Source: Diplonema japonicum (Eukaryota > Protista > Euglenozoa: Diplonemea). Taken from it: DNA of 64,000 nt. Made by a program: the position numbers and the translations under genes. Position 1 is the stretch's first letter. Every line of letters begins with the position of its first letter. The DNA lies in assembly GCA_964019335.1 (NCBI GenBank), contig OZ025724.1, positions 186,001 through 250,000 on the forward strand. Direction: 5' to 3'. This document shows positions 41,504-52,871 of the stretch, one piece after another. The notes under the pieces were generated by a model that had not been told where the DNA came from, did no database searches, and saw only the letters and a list, made by a program, of their open reading frames with translations.

Positions 41504-42865
41504 TCACGGCTTGGGGTGAAGACAGGTAGGGTTACAACTCCTGTCACTAACTTCACCAGTATTGTAACTGCAAGGGTCGTAATGATTGAGATAGGCTGGT
41601 GTGCTCAAGGGCTGGTGCCACCACGCGCCAACAGCTTCTTGAATGGAGGTACCGTTTATTCTGAAGCCCATGAACTCCTCGTCATCCTGTGCTTCGCAAT
41701 GGGTGTGGCACGAATGGATGAAGGCACCATTCCCGTTCTTGTTGTAAGAACTTTCAGGAAACATGTCCGCCTTGAAGTCGGCGATGTACTTGTTCATCGT
41801 CACCATCTGTGTCGAGTTGCAATCGTTGGGGTGTTCAACGCAGTTCTGCCAGGGGCTGATTGAATTGCAATTATCGTTCGCGGTACCGTTCTGATTGGGA
41901 AACCCGGGCGCGACCTGACCCGCATAGATACACTCAATTTGGAACAGGTCGTATGCTGAATTAACAGCAAAGAAAGGAGCCTTGATGTGGGGATAAGTGT
42001 ACTGTGCGAAATTACACTTCCACTGCTCGTCTGCAGGGTACGCCGCGATGCACGCATCGTTCACGCCGAAGGTACTGTTCGCAATTTCAAAAATACTCCG
42101 GATCTGTGATTCATAAGCCGGGACACCGATCAGGTTCTTATGATCCAAGAAGAACCCCGACAATGCAGCTGACTTGAACACGTTCATAGAAGGAGCATTC
42201 GTTTGCAGCCATTTGTGAACGATATCCACATGGATGTAAGTGGACAATCCACCGGCAGAACACCCTGTTAAAAAGACTTTATTTGCGTTGGTAATGCCCA
42301 ACGGAAGGAGGGATTCAAGCACAGCATCGATGATGCGACGCCCACGGAAGTACAGAGGCTTACCCTTCACAACGAGGGGTTCGTCACGGTTCCCCGTGAA
42401 GCTGTTCCCGTCGCAGTACGCGAGGTACACTCTGTTGAAGTTGCAGAAATCGGGGTTCACTGTGCAGTTGTCCGACATTATGCCTTTCACTTTCATGGTG
42501 GAAGGCCATTGAGCTGAACTGCCAAGGGCAGAGAAGGACCTTCCGTAGCACCCCATGGCATCGTAGCACCACCCGCCCCCTTCAAAATATATCTGCCAGT
42601 CGTTTGTATTGTTGGGGTTTGCGGCTGGTGTGTAGTAGAACCCTGCTGGTGTGCCGTCCATGCAGACTGCTCCGTTTGCTACCTTGTCGTTCATCAGGTG
42701 CAGCTGCATTGCATTCCCAAGAAGGCCCGGACCGAACTCCACCCCCTTGAAGTCTGCATCGAAGACCCCTGCTCCTTTCCATTCCGGTGCATACCTCATC
42801 TCGCCTGCCGCGAAACGGGTGCTCATCGCTATAAATGCGAGAAATGGTTTTAAAATGTACTTCAT
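41504..42865 (-). CDS. Pectin acetylesterase/Notum-family esterase, copy 1 (453 aa)
   Basis: CMDGTPAGFY, FEGGGWC, YCDG, GCSAGG, HCE; signal peptide MKYILK. Confidence 0.9.
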   Translation of the reverse strand: MKYILKPFLAFIAMSTRFAAGEMRYAPEWKGAGVFDADFKGVEFGPGLLGNAMQLHLMNDKVANGAVCMDGTPAGFYYTPAANPNNTNDWQIYFEGGGWCYDAMGCYGRSFSALGSSAQWPSTMKVKGIMSDNCTVNPDFCNFNRVYLAYCDGNSFTGNRDEPLVVKGKPLYFRGRRIIDAVLESLLPLGITNANKVFLTGCSAGGLSTYIHVDIVHKWLQTNAPSMNVFKSAALSGFFLDHKNLIGVPAYESQIRSIFEIANSTFGVNDACIAAYPADEQWKCNFAQYTYPHIKAPFFAVNSAYDLFQIECIYAGQVAPGFPNQNGTANDNCNSISPWQNCVEHPNDCNSTQMVTMNKYIADFKADMFPESSYNKNGNGAFIHSCHTHCEAQDDEEFMGFRINGTSIQEAVGAWWHQPLSTPAYLNHYDPCSYNTGEVSDRSCNPTCLHPKP

Positions 42866-43736
42866 TTCTTTTTTTTTTTTCCCCCTGAATTTTTTTTTTT
42901 TTGGCCCCAGTTGGTAGATTAACAGATTGTTTTCAAAAATAAGAAAAAAAAAATAAAAAAAAACGTGTGGGGCAATAGGGTGTAAAGAAACGAAAACAGA
43001 TCTTACTTGTTTTATATATGAGTCTGTCCGGAAAGAAATGTGAACAAATGACCCTCTTTTGCAACGGAATACCCTCGGAAGATTTATAAAGTACAAAAGT
43101 AGTCCGACACCACTTTGTGTGCAGAATTGCAGTCTAAGCTTGAACACCACTTAGGTCACAACGCGCGCCGTTTGTTTCATTTCTAAAACGCGCGCGTGCA
43201 AAACATGCTTTTAGAATGGTTTCTTTTTGGTTTTTGGCATTCGGAAATTGTAAAAAACGACTCTGGTTGTACCCAGGGTCACAAGTGTGTATGTGCACCA
43301 CTTTTATGCACCCTAGGTGCTGTATTTCAAGCAATATTTTAAACATTCTTTTCCCGACCTCTGTTCTTCGCTTCCCGGGGGCAACCGGTTGCAAAGCCTG
43401 CCACCCTCATGATCGCAATTGAAAGAACTGCGGCAGGTACACCATATATGTCATCTTCCTATGGTTGCATGCTGCCCTTTTTTTTTTTTTTTTTGCTCAA
43501 AAAATCAAAACAAATGATTTTCGAACTGCCAGTTTTTTCTTTTTCTTTTTTCATTCTTTTTTCTTTTCTTTATTCACTTTGTAAACGTTAGCCAGATATA
43601 CAAAAACACGTCACACCACGTTCACCCATCACCAACAGGTGGCCCGTTCCACAGTATATGTTACAAGAGCATCGCGCTCCTTTCAAAGTTACGGCCGCAA
43701 TAGAAGACCGTTCGTAGATTGATTTTCAATACCACT

Positions 43737-45026
43737 TTACGTATGCAGGCGAGTGGCTAGAGGGGCGGGGTGAAGGCACGTGGGGTTGCATGCCCGTGGC
43801 CCTTCCTCTCCGGTATTGTACAAGCAAGGGTCGTAGTTGTTCTCCCAAGCGGGTACTTTATCACTGAACCACCACTTGCTGACCGCATCCCGCATCGTCA
43901 CATTGCGCACCTTGAAGCCAATCCAATCAGGGTCATGGATACCCTCGACATGTGTGTGGCACGAGTGGATGAAAGCGCCGTTCCCGTTCTTCCTGTAAGT
44001 CTCAGGGGCCGTGAGGTCCGCCATGAAGTCGGTGATGTACTTGTTCATCCTGACCATCTGTGTCGAGGTGCAGTTCTCAGGGTTCGCAACGCATGCTTTC
44101 CAGCCATCGATCGCGTTGCAGTCTCCGTTCAGGGTCGATGTTTGATACGGGAAACCAGGTACCAGCTCAGAACCCAGTACACACCCTGTCTGCCATTGAT
44201 CGTATGCTGAGTTGATCACCATCACAGGGGCCTCCAGATGGGGGTAGGTGTACTGGGCGAAGTTGCACTTCCACTTCTCCCCCGGAAGCTGTGCCGCGAT
44301 GCACGCATCGTTCACACCGTGCGTGCTGTTTGAAATCTCGAAGATGTTCTTAATTTCCCGCTCGAACACATGCTTCCCTTGAAGTGTCTGGTGGTTAAGG
44401 AAGAATCCGGAGTAAGGAAGGACCTTGAACACCTTCAGGTTTGGTGCCCGCTCCTTCAGGAAGTTGTAGATGTGGTCTGCCTGAAGGATGGCCGCAAGAC
44501 CCCCAGCCGAGCCCCCCGAAAGGAGAACCTTCTCGGCATCCCACAGCCCGATCACCCGTAAGGTATTTAGCATTGCGTCCAAGATGCGACGCCCACGGAA
44601 GTACAGAGGCTTCCCCTTCACGTAGAGGGGTTCGTCACGGTTTCCTGCCCAGCTGTTCCCGTCGCAGTAGGCTACAAAGATGGTGTTGTACAAGCAGAAG
44701 TCGGGGTTCACTGTGCAGTTCGGGGACATGAGACCACCCCCGCCGCCCGCTGTTTCTGTCCAGTTCACAGAGCTCCCCAATATTGTCTGCGTCCTCCCGT
44801 AGCAGTCCATGTCGTCGTAGCACCACCCTCCTCCTTCGAACGAGATCTGCCAGTTGTGTCTGTTCTCCAGACTCGTTGTGATCGAGTAGTAGAACCCTGC
44901 GGGCGATCCGTCCAGGCACACTGCCCCTTCATCAGCATATTCTTCCATCAGGTACAGTCGCATCGCCCCAGGGTGGCGTGTCAAACCGAGTGCTGCAATG
45001 CAATGCAAAAGTAGCCCAACTTGCAT
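43737..45026 (-). CDS. Pectin acetylesterase-like, copy 2 (429 aa)
   Basis: CLDGS, FEGGGWC, GGSAGG, YDQWQ, HVE. Confidence 0.9.
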   Translation of the reverse strand: MQVGLLLHCIAALGLTRHPGAMRLYLMEEYADEGAVCLDGSPAGFYYSITTSLENRHNWQISFEGGGWCYDDMDCYGRTQTILGSSVNWTETAGGGGGLMSPNCTVNPDFCLYNTIFVAYCDGNSWAGNRDEPLYVKGKPLYFRGRRILDAMLNTLRVIGLWDAEKVLLSGGSAGGLAAILQADHIYNFLKERAPNLKVFKVLPYSGFFLNHQTLQGKHVFEREIKNIFEISNSTHGVNDACIAAQLPGEKWKCNFAQYTYPHLEAPVMVINSAYDQWQTGCVLGSELVPGFPYQTSTLNGDCNAIDGWKACVANPENCTSTQMVRMNKYITDFMADLTAPETYRKNGNGAFIHSCHTHVEGIHDPDWIGFKVRNVTMRDAVSKWWFSDKVPAWENNYDPCLYNTGEEGPRACNPTCLHPAPLATRLHT

Positions 45027-45221
45027 TTTATTTATTTTGTTTGGCCGGTCGGCCTGAGAAGATGGAAGAGACTAGGTACAGAAAGAAAATATATGAGACA
45101 AGAGGGCAACCCCTCTCCCTTTACACTTACTTCACTCTGCTGGGAAACAATAAAAAAAAAAAAAATCGCTTTGATTGGGACGTTGGTAATAACAGAAATG
45201 AACTAAAATAATGCAATATTC

Positions 45222-46499
45222 TTAAAATGGGTGAGAGCCCAGAGGGGGGGGGTGAAGACACGTGGGGTTGCAGTCCCGTGGCCCCTTCTCTCCGGTTTTG
45301 TACAAGCAAGGGTCGTAGTTGTTCTCCCAAGAAGGAGTGTCAGTCTCATACCACCACTTGCTGACCGCATCCCGCATCGTCACATTGCGCACCGTGAAGC
45401 CTTCCCACAAGGGATCGATAATGCCTTCAACATGTGTGTGGCACGAGTGGATGAAAGCGCCGTTCCCGTTCTTCCTGTAAGTCTCCGGGGCCGTGAGGTC
45501 CGCCATGAAGTCAGTGATGTACTCGTTCATCCTGACCATCTGTGTCGAGGTGCAGTTGTCGGGGTTCGCAACGCACTCTTTCCAGCCATCGATCGCGTTG
45601 CAGTCTCCGTTCAGGGTCGATGTCTGGTCAGGGAAACCAGGTACCAGCTTAGAACCCATCACGCACCCTGTCTGCCATTGATCGTATGCTGAGTTGATCA
45701 CCATCACAGGGAAGTCCAGATGGGGGTAGGTGTACTGGGCGAAGTTGCACTTCCACTGCTCCCCCGGAAGCTGTGCTGCGGTGCACGCATCGTTCACACC
45801 GTGCGTGCTGTTTGAAATCTCGAAGATGTTCTTAATTTCCCGTTCGTACACCCGTTCGCCATGGATGTTTTTGTGGTTCAAGAAAAACCCCGAAACAGGG
45901 GCAACCTTGAACACCTTCAGGTTTGGTGCCCGCTCCTTCAGGAAGTTGTAGATGTGGTCTGCCTGAAGGATGGCCGCAAGACCCCCAGCCGAGCTTCCGG
46001 AGATGAGAACTTTTTCAGCATTCCAAAACCCAATTATTTTCAAGGTGTTTAGCATTGCGTCCAAGATGCGACGCCCACGGAAGTACAGAGGCTTACCCTT
46101 CACGTAGAGGGGTTCATCACGGTTTCCTGCCCAGCTGTTCCCGTCGCAGTAGGTGACGAAAATAGTGTTGAACAAGCAGAAGTCAGGGTTTATTGTGCAG
46201 TTCGGGGACATGAGACCACCCCCGCCGCCCGCTGTTTCTGTCCAGTTCACAGAGCTCCCCAATATTGTCTGTGACCTCCCGTAGCAGTCCATGTCGTCGT
46301 AGCACCACCCTCCTCCTTCGAACGAGATCTGCCAGTTGTGTCTGTTCTCCAGACTCGTTGTGATCGAGTAGTAGAACCCTGCGGGCGATCCGTCCAGGCA
46401 CACTGCTCCTTCATCGACAGAATCCTCCATCAGGTGCAGTCGCATCGCTCCAGGGTGGCGTGTCACACCGAGTGCTGCAATGCAAAGGAGCGTTTGCAT
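45222..46499 (-). CDS. Pectin acetylesterase-like, copy 3 (425 aa)
   Basis: FEGGGWC, GSSAGG, YDQWQ, HVE. Confidence 0.9.
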   Translation of the reverse strand: MQTLLCIAALGVTRHPGAMRLHLMEDSVDEGAVCLDGSPAGFYYSITTSLENRHNWQISFEGGGWCYDDMDCYGRSQTILGSSVNWTETAGGGGGLMSPNCTINPDFCLFNTIFVTYCDGNSWAGNRDEPLYVKGKPLYFRGRRILDAMLNTLKIIGFWNAEKVLISGSSAGGLAAILQADHIYNFLKERAPNLKVFKVAPVSGFFLNHKNIHGERVYEREIKNIFEISNSTHGVNDACTAAQLPGEQWKCNFAQYTYPHLDFPVMVINSAYDQWQTGCVMGSKLVPGFPDQTSTLNGDCNAIDGWKECVANPDNCTSTQMVRMNEYITDFMADLTAPETYRKNGNGAFIHSCHTHVEGIIDPLWEGFTVRNVTMRDAVSKWWYETDTPSWENNYDPCLYKTGEKGPRDCNPTCLHPPPLGSHPF

Positions 46500-47491
46500 T
46501 TTCTTTTATCCTATTCACTCAAATAATAAAGTATTGTCATATTTTTCTTTCTATAACAAGGGAGAGGGGAGGGGAGGGGGGAGACAGGCAAACCATGCTG
46601 GAAAGCAAAAATAAAATAGTAATTTTCTCCCGCTGAGACTTTTTTTTTTCTCGGCGATATTAAATCCGAGAGGCCAGCATGAGCAGGTGGTGACTACGTT
46701 CTCCTTTATCAAGTGCTCGTGGTTCGTGAGAGTTTAAATGTAGTCTATCATCAAACTCTGGCCAGGCTCCGCATCCCACTGGGTGGCGGGATCCGTTTCA
46801 TCTTCTCTTCCTTCTTCCTCAATACCCTCATCCTTGCGCCTTTCTTTAGCGATCCCATCTCATTCAAACACTCTTCTAGAGTTTCAAGTGCGCAGCTCTC
46901 TCAAAAGAGAGGTCAGCCATTGCTGTGACGTGATTGGCTGTCGTGTCCTTTACACATTTGATCTTCTCATTTTTCAGCCCCCTCCAAAATCGTGATTCCT
47001 GTGAAATCTGTGTATATTCAGAGTTTTGTATACCCCCCCCCCCAGTGTGAGGCCCCCCCCCCCCCCCCCCCCCCCCGTGTGAGGCGGATCCTCACACTAA
47101 AAATAAAGGACCTCTTTATATCTGGGCACTGAGCCTAACTCGGGGGCTCAGGGGATTAACTCCTGATGTTAATTGATTTGGGGAAAAAATAAAAGAAATT
47201 CGAGTTTCAGTGTGGAGTGCTCTCTAAGCAAGGTGATGGGCAGCATCAACTACAAGGAAATAATAATAATCACAATAAAAGAGTAAAGAGCAAAAAAAAG
47301 GAAAAAAGAATAACTATTTATTTAGTGAAAATAAGATCGTATGATTTTCACGCGTGGTGGCAGTGGTTTAACGAGTGGGTATATGACTTCACGAGCGAAG
47401 TGAGTGAAGTAACATCAACGAGTTAAACATGCCACCACAAGTGAAAATCGGATCTATTTCACTAAACCCGTTGTTTTATTTAACGTCAGTC

Positions 47492-47749
47492 AGATTTGAA
47501 AGGGTGGGGTATTACAGGTTACAAGTTACAAGCTACAAATTCTACTGGGGTGCATTTGCGCCCCCCGACCCCTTGCTGTGCAGTGAAAATAGGGCAAGCG
47601 TGAATATAAAGTACTTTATATTCACTCATAAAGTAATTTTCATTTCTGCCCCTGTTTTCTTCCTAAAACAAGCCTGAAATCTGCCGTGAAAATAAAGTGA
47701 AGCGTGAAATAATGTGAAATATTATATTCACTCCCACCCTTGAAAATCT
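47492..47749. mobile_element. Possible MITE with imperfect 17-bp inverted ends
   Basis: agatttgaaagggtggg (47492) versus reverse complement of cccacccttgaaaatct (to 47749), 2 mismatches; internal gtgaaa(t/a) repeats. Confidence 0.35.
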
Positions 47750-47981
47750 AACTGGAGTTATATAAAAAAAAGAAAAATTCGATGTAAACTCCGAGAGAGC
47801 CGCAGGAGGGGTATGGACCGTACTTGGTAGTTTTCAGTTTCGGACATATCTCACGACTCTTCTAGGTGGCGCCCCAGATGGTAGGAGAGTACTGTACACA
47901 CAAAAAAGAAAAGAATAGACGTTATTTGTTCCGCTGCTGGGGAAGCCCTCTTCCACCCAATAAAATATGAAAAGGGAGCTT

Positions 47982-49313
47982 CTAAGCTGCAATGCAGGAA
48001 GGGTTGCAGTCCCTGGGGCCCGTGGAGCCTGTCTTGTACTCACAAGGGACGTAGTTGTTCGGAGCAGCAGGTGAGGTGCTGCTGTGCTGGTGCCACCACT
48101 TGCTGACAGCATCACGCATTGAAACACCCCTTACTTTGAAACCCACATAATAATTGCTGTTCTGCGCCTCGCAGTGAGTGTGGCACGAGTGGATGAAGGC
48201 GCCGTTCCCGTTCTTGTTGTACGTGCCGGCAGACTGCATGTCCGCCTTGAAGTCGGTGATGTACTTGTTCATCGTCACCATCTGTGTCGAGTTGCAGTTG
48301 TCAGGGTTCTCTTGGCAGCTCTGCCACGGCCCGAGTGCATTGCAGTCACCGTTCCCTGTCGACGTCTGGTTGGGGAAGCCAGGCTCCAGCTCTGAGGTGT
48401 AGATACATTTTGTCTGCCACGAGTCGTACCCGGAGTTAAGTGCGAGAAAAGGAGCCTGGATGTGGGGGTAGGTGTACTGGGCGAAGTTGCACTTCCACTG
48501 CTCGTCCGCAGGGTACGCCGCGATGCACGCATCGTTCACGCCGTGCGTGCTGTTCGCAATTTGGAAGATGTTCTTCATCTGTGCCTCGTACACAGGCTGG
48601 CCGAGAATGTTCTGATGATTCAGGAAAAAGCCCGAGATCGATGCTGCCTTGAAGGCGTCCAGAGTAGGGACGTTCGTCTTCAGCCACTGGTGCACGTAGT
48701 CAGTGTGGAGGTAGGTGGCGAGCCCACCAGCCGAGCACCCTGTGAGGAAAACATCTTCAGCATCCTTGAGCCCCATTGGCATGAGGGACTCAAGTACAGC
48801 ATCGATGATGCGACGCCCACGGAAGTACAGAGGCTTCCCCTTCACAACGAGGGGTTCGTCACGGTTCCCCGTGAAGCTGTTCCCATCGCAGTAGGCAATG
48901 TACACTCTGTGGAAGTTGCAGAAGTCTGGGTTCACCGTGCAGTCACTGGACATGATGCCGCCTGCCCCGACAGAGGTGTGCCATCCCTTCGAGCTGCCGA
49001 GGGCGGTGCTTGATCTCCCGTAGCAGTCCATGTCGTCGTAGCACCACCCTCCTCCTTCGAAGTAGATCTCCCAGGAGTGTGCAGCGCTAGAATTGGTCGG
49101 CCCAGAGTAGTAGAACCCTGCGGGCGTTCCGTCCAAGCACACCGCTCCGTTGGCCACCTGGTCCTTCATCAGGTGCAACTGCATCGCGCCCTTCAAGTTG
49201 TCCCCGAACTCGATGCCGTTGAAGTCAGCATCGTAAACCCCAGCACCCTTCGATGCAGGGGCGTACTTTGCGGCACACACCACCGCGAAGCTGAGCAGAT
49301 ACCCTGCTTTCAT
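47982..49313 (-). CDS. Pectin acetylesterase-like, copy 4 (443 aa)
   Basis: GCSAGG, YDSWQ, HCE; signal peptide. Confidence 0.9.
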   Translation of the reverse strand: MKAGYLLSFAVVCAAKYAPASKGAGVYDADFNGIEFGDNLKGAMQLHLMKDQVANGAVCLDGTPAGFYYSGPTNSSAAHSWEIYFEGGGWCYDDMDCYGRSSTALGSSKGWHTSVGAGGIMSSDCTVNPDFCNFHRVYIAYCDGNSFTGNRDEPLVVKGKPLYFRGRRIIDAVLESLMPMGLKDAEDVFLTGCSAGGLATYLHTDYVHQWLKTNVPTLDAFKAASISGFFLNHQNILGQPVYEAQMKNIFQIANSTHGVNDACIAAYPADEQWKCNFAQYTYPHIQAPFLALNSGYDSWQTKCIYTSELEPGFPNQTSTGNGDCNALGPWQSCQENPDNCNSTQMVTMNKYITDFKADMQSAGTYNKNGNGAFIHSCHTHCEAQNSNYYVGFKVRGVSMRDAVSKWWHQHSSTSPAAPNNYVPCEYKTGSTGPRDCNPSCIAA

Positions 49314-49644
49314 TTATATTTCGTTGACCCTTTGATGTGAGTTATTAAAAAGAACTATTCAAGGTACGCACTAACATATCGGGAGGAAGAAAAGTGTGTT
49401 CGACAGGTAGAATACTATTTCTAAGGACCATAAGGCTAGCGGTAGGTTTGCGTTATCGCCCTCAAGTTGAGCCTGTGGTTCCCTGTCTGGTCAGGTAAGG
49501 TAAGTTTGCGTTATCGTCATGGAAATAGATGCTCTTTCGACATATTTTTCGATTGATAATCATCATGGAAATAGATAATCTTTCGACATTTTTCGATTGA
49601 TTTTTAACGTCAACCTGCAGTCCATGTGTATCGACGCAGGCTTC

Positions 49645-51132
49645 TCAAGTACTGACGACGTCAACTATTTCTGATCCTATGGGCTGCACTTGAGTCTCGC
49701 TCGATGGCGGATACAGCAGCTTCTTCATTTTGATGGCAAAAGCAAGCCACCCAAGACAACTGACAAGAATGCAAACTTGTATTTTCCACCCTTTGGACTT
49801 ACTAACATTCATGGCAAAAACCGGGGACTCAGGTAGTTGCGGTAGTGGTAGTGGTACTGAAGCCCCAGGATGAAGACACGTGGGGTTGCAGGCCCGAGGG
49901 CCATCCCTCCCTGTGCTGTAAAGACAGGGTTCGTACGTGTTTTCAGATGAAGGTGCATTGTCACTGTGCCACCACTTGCTGACCGCATCCCGCATCGTCA
50001 CATTGCGCACCTTGAAGCCAATCCAATAAGGGTCAATGATGCCTTCAACATGTGTGTGGCACGAGTGGATGAAAGCGCCGTTCCCATTCTTCCTGTAAGT
50101 CTCAGGGGCCGTGAGGTCCGCCATGAAGTCGGTGATGTACTTGTTCATCCTGGCCATCTGTGTTGGGTTGCAGTTCTCAGGGTTCGCAACGCACGCCCCC
50201 CAGCCCCCGACTACGTTGCACATCCCGTTCAGGGTCGATGTCTGGTAGGGGAAGCCAGCCACTAGCTTAGAGCCCAGTACACACCCTGTCTGCCATTGAT
50301 CGTATGCTGAGTTGATCACCATCACAGGGGCCTCCAGATGGGGGTAGGTGTACTTTGCGAACATGCATTTCCAATGTTCCTCCTGTGGGTGTGCCGCGAT
50401 GCACGCATCGTTCATCCCATGGCTGCTGTTCGACATCTCGAAGATGTTCCGCATCTGCCTCTCGAACACAGGTTCCCCGAGAAGGTTGTCTTGGTTCAAG
50501 AAGATACCGGAGTAAGGAAGGACCTTGAACACTTTCAGGTTTGGTGCCCGCTCCTTCAGGAGGTTGTGGATGTGGTCTGCCTGAAGGATGGCCGCAAGGC
50601 CCCCAGCCGAGCCCCCCGAAAGGAGAACATTCTCGGCATTCTGCAGCCCGATCGTCTTCAAGGTGTCTAGCATTGCGTCGATGATGCGACGCCCACGGAA
50701 GTACAGAGGCTTGCCCTTCACAACGAGGGGTTTGTCACGGTCCCCCGTGAAGCTGTTCCCGTCGCAGTAAAGTATGTATACCATGTTGTACAGGCAGAAG
50801 TCAGGGTTCACTGTGCAGTTCGGGGATGTTAGGCCTGCACCGCCCCCGATCGCCATCGGCCTTCGGGAGGTGCTCCCGAACCTTGTCTGTGACCTCCCGT
50901 AGCAGTCCATGTCATCGTAGCACCACCCTCCTCCTTCGAAAGTGAGGTGCCAGTTGTGCGTATTTTCTTGGCTGTTCGTGTTCCAGTAGTAGAATCCTGC
51001 AGGCGACCCATCCAGGCATACTGCTCCTTCAGCTACCTTGTCTTGCATCAGGTGCAGCTGCATGGAATAAGGTCGCCCTTCTTTAGCCAAGAGCATAATA
51101 ATGACGAGCCGGATGGTGCTCGTGGATGTCAT
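49645..51132 (-). CDS. Pectin acetylesterase-like, copy 5 with C-terminal TM (495 aa)
   Basis: GGSAGG, HVE; tail IQVCILVSCLGWLAFAI-KMKK. Confidence 0.88.
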   Translation of the reverse strand: MTSTSTIRLVIIMLLAKEGRPYSMQLHLMQDKVAEGAVCLDGSPAGFYYWNTNSQENTHNWHLTFEGGGWCYDDMDCYGRSQTRFGSTSRRPMAIGGGAGLTSPNCTVNPDFCLYNMVYILYCDGNSFTGDRDKPLVVKGKPLYFRGRRIIDAMLDTLKTIGLQNAENVLLSGGSAGGLAAILQADHIHNLLKERAPNLKVFKVLPYSGIFLNQDNLLGEPVFERQMRNIFEMSNSSHGMNDACIAAHPQEEHWKCMFAKYTYPHLEAPVMVINSAYDQWQTGCVLGSKLVAGFPYQTSTLNGMCNVVGGWGACVANPENCNPTQMARMNKYITDFMADLTAPETYRKNGNGAFIHSCHTHVEGIIDPYWIGFKVRNVTMRDAVSKWWHSDNAPSSENTYEPCLYSTGRDGPRACNPTCLHPGASVPLPLPQLPESPVFAMNVSKSKGWKIQVCILVSCLGWLAFAIKMKKLLYPPSSETQVQPIGSEIVDVVST

Positions 51133-51382
51133 GTGTTTGGGTAAATACCTAATTAAGTTATCACCTCTCGCGTTCCTGAACAGAAGAAATCCAAAAGAAA
51201 ACAAAAGGCAAACCCAGATACCCGCTGAGCGTTGAAAACACTCACATGTGCTCGATAAGTAAGCTTTTTAAGAGTAAACTAAACGGGAAGAATGAAAAAA
51301 ACTCAAATTAACATGCCACAAAAAACAAGAAAACTAAACACGAGCTGAGTGCGCGTGTAGAGGCGAAGCGGACTCAATCCTT

Positions 51383-52810
51383 TTAGGAGAACACCGAATA
51401 GGTCGAAGAAGCGTCGTTACCATTTTTGAATTTCTGCCCAATTTGGGAGTTCATGCAGTACACAAGAAGCCCAAATACGGCAAATAGAACAATTCTCTTC
51501 AGCACATCACCATAACTACCATTCACGACAACCGGGGAATCCGGTACTGAAGCCCCAGGATGAAGACACGTGGGGTTGCAGGCCCGAGGGCCATCCCTCC
51601 CTGTGATGTAAAGACAGGGTTCGTACGTGTTTTCAGATGAAGGTGCATTGTCACTGTGCCACCACTTGCTGACCGCATCCCGCATCGCCACATTGCGCAC
51701 CTTGAAGCCAATCCAATCAGGGTCAATGATACCCTCCATATGTGTGTGGCACGAGTGGATGAAAGCGCCGTTCCCATTCTTCCTGTAAGTCTCAGGGGCC
51801 GTGAGGTCCGCCATGAAGTCGGTGATGTACTTGTTCATCCTGGCCATCTGTGTTGGGTTGCAGTTCTCAGGGTTCGCAACGCACGCCCCCCAGCCCCCGA
51901 CTACGTTGCACATCCCGTTCAGGGTCGATGTCTGGTAGGGGAAGCCAGCCACTAGCTTAGAGCCCAGTACACACCCTGTCTGCCATTGATCGTATGCTGA
52001 GTTGATCACCATCACAGGGGCCTCCAGATGGGGGTAGGTGTACTTTGCGAACATGCATTTCCAATGTTCCTCCTGTGGGTGTGCCGCGATGCACGCATCG
52101 TTCATCCCATGGCTGCTGTTCGACATCTCGAAGATGTTCCGCATCTGCCTCTCGAACACAGGTTCCCCGAGAAGGTTGTCTTGGTTCAAGAAGATACCGG
52201 AGTAAGGAAGGACCTTGAACACTTTCAGGTTTGGTGCCCGCTCCTTCAGGAGGTTGTGGATGTGGTCTGCCTGAAGGATGGCCGCAAGGCCCCCAGCCGA
52301 GCCCCCCGAAAGGAGAACATTCTCGGCATTCTGCAGCCCGATCGTCTTCAAGGTGTCTAGCATTGCGTCGATGATGCGACGCCCACGGAAGTACAGAGGC
52401 TTACCCTTCACGTAGAGGGGTTCGTCACGGTCCCCCGTGAAGCTGTTCCCGTCGCAGTAAAGTATGTATACCATGTTGTACAGGCAGAAGTCAGGGTTCA
52501 CTGTGCAGTTCGGGGATGCTACACCCCCTAGCGTCATCGGCTTTCGAGAGGCGCTCCCGAACGTTGTCTGTGACCTCCCGTAGCAGTCCATGTCATCGTA
52601 GCACCACCCTCCTCCTTCGAAAGTGAGGTGCCAGTTGTGCTTGTTCTTTTGGCTGTTCGTGTTCCAGTAGTAGAATCCTGCAGGCGACCCATCCAGGCAT
52701 ACTGCTCCTTCAACAACCTTGTCCTCCATCAGGTGCAGCTGCATGTAAGGCTGTCCTTCTTTAGCCAAGAGCATTATAATGATGAGCCGGATGGTGCTCG
52801 GGGGTGACAT
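51383..52810 (-). CDS. Pectin acetylesterase-like, copy 6 with C-terminal TM (475 aa)
   Basis: GGSAGG, HME; tail IVLFAVFGLLVYCM. Confidence 0.88.
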   Translation of the reverse strand: MSPPSTIRLIIIMLLAKEGQPYMQLHLMEDKVVEGAVCLDGSPAGFYYWNTNSQKNKHNWHLTFEGGGWCYDDMDCYGRSQTTFGSASRKPMTLGGVASPNCTVNPDFCLYNMVYILYCDGNSFTGDRDEPLYVKGKPLYFRGRRIIDAMLDTLKTIGLQNAENVLLSGGSAGGLAAILQADHIHNLLKERAPNLKVFKVLPYSGIFLNQDNLLGEPVFERQMRNIFEMSNSSHGMNDACIAAHPQEEHWKCMFAKYTYPHLEAPVMVINSAYDQWQTGCVLGSKLVAGFPYQTSTLNGMCNVVGGWGACVANPENCNPTQMARMNKYITDFMADLTAPETYRKNGNGAFIHSCHTHMEGIIDPDWIGFKVRNVAMRDAVSKWWHSDNAPSSENTYEPCLYITGRDGPRACNPTCLHPGASVPDSPVVVNGSYGDVLKRIVLFAVFGLLVYCMNSQIGQKFKNGNDASSTYSVFS

Positions 52811-52871
52811 GGTGTAAAATCCCTTTAGGGATAAGTTTAAGTTCCCTTGAAGACTCTGCAAATGCAGTTAA

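Noticed and set aside
49441-49602. Short local direct repeats (gtttgcgttatcg x2; catggaaatagat..tttcgattgat x2)
   Set aside because: Two-copy local duplications with no supportable function.
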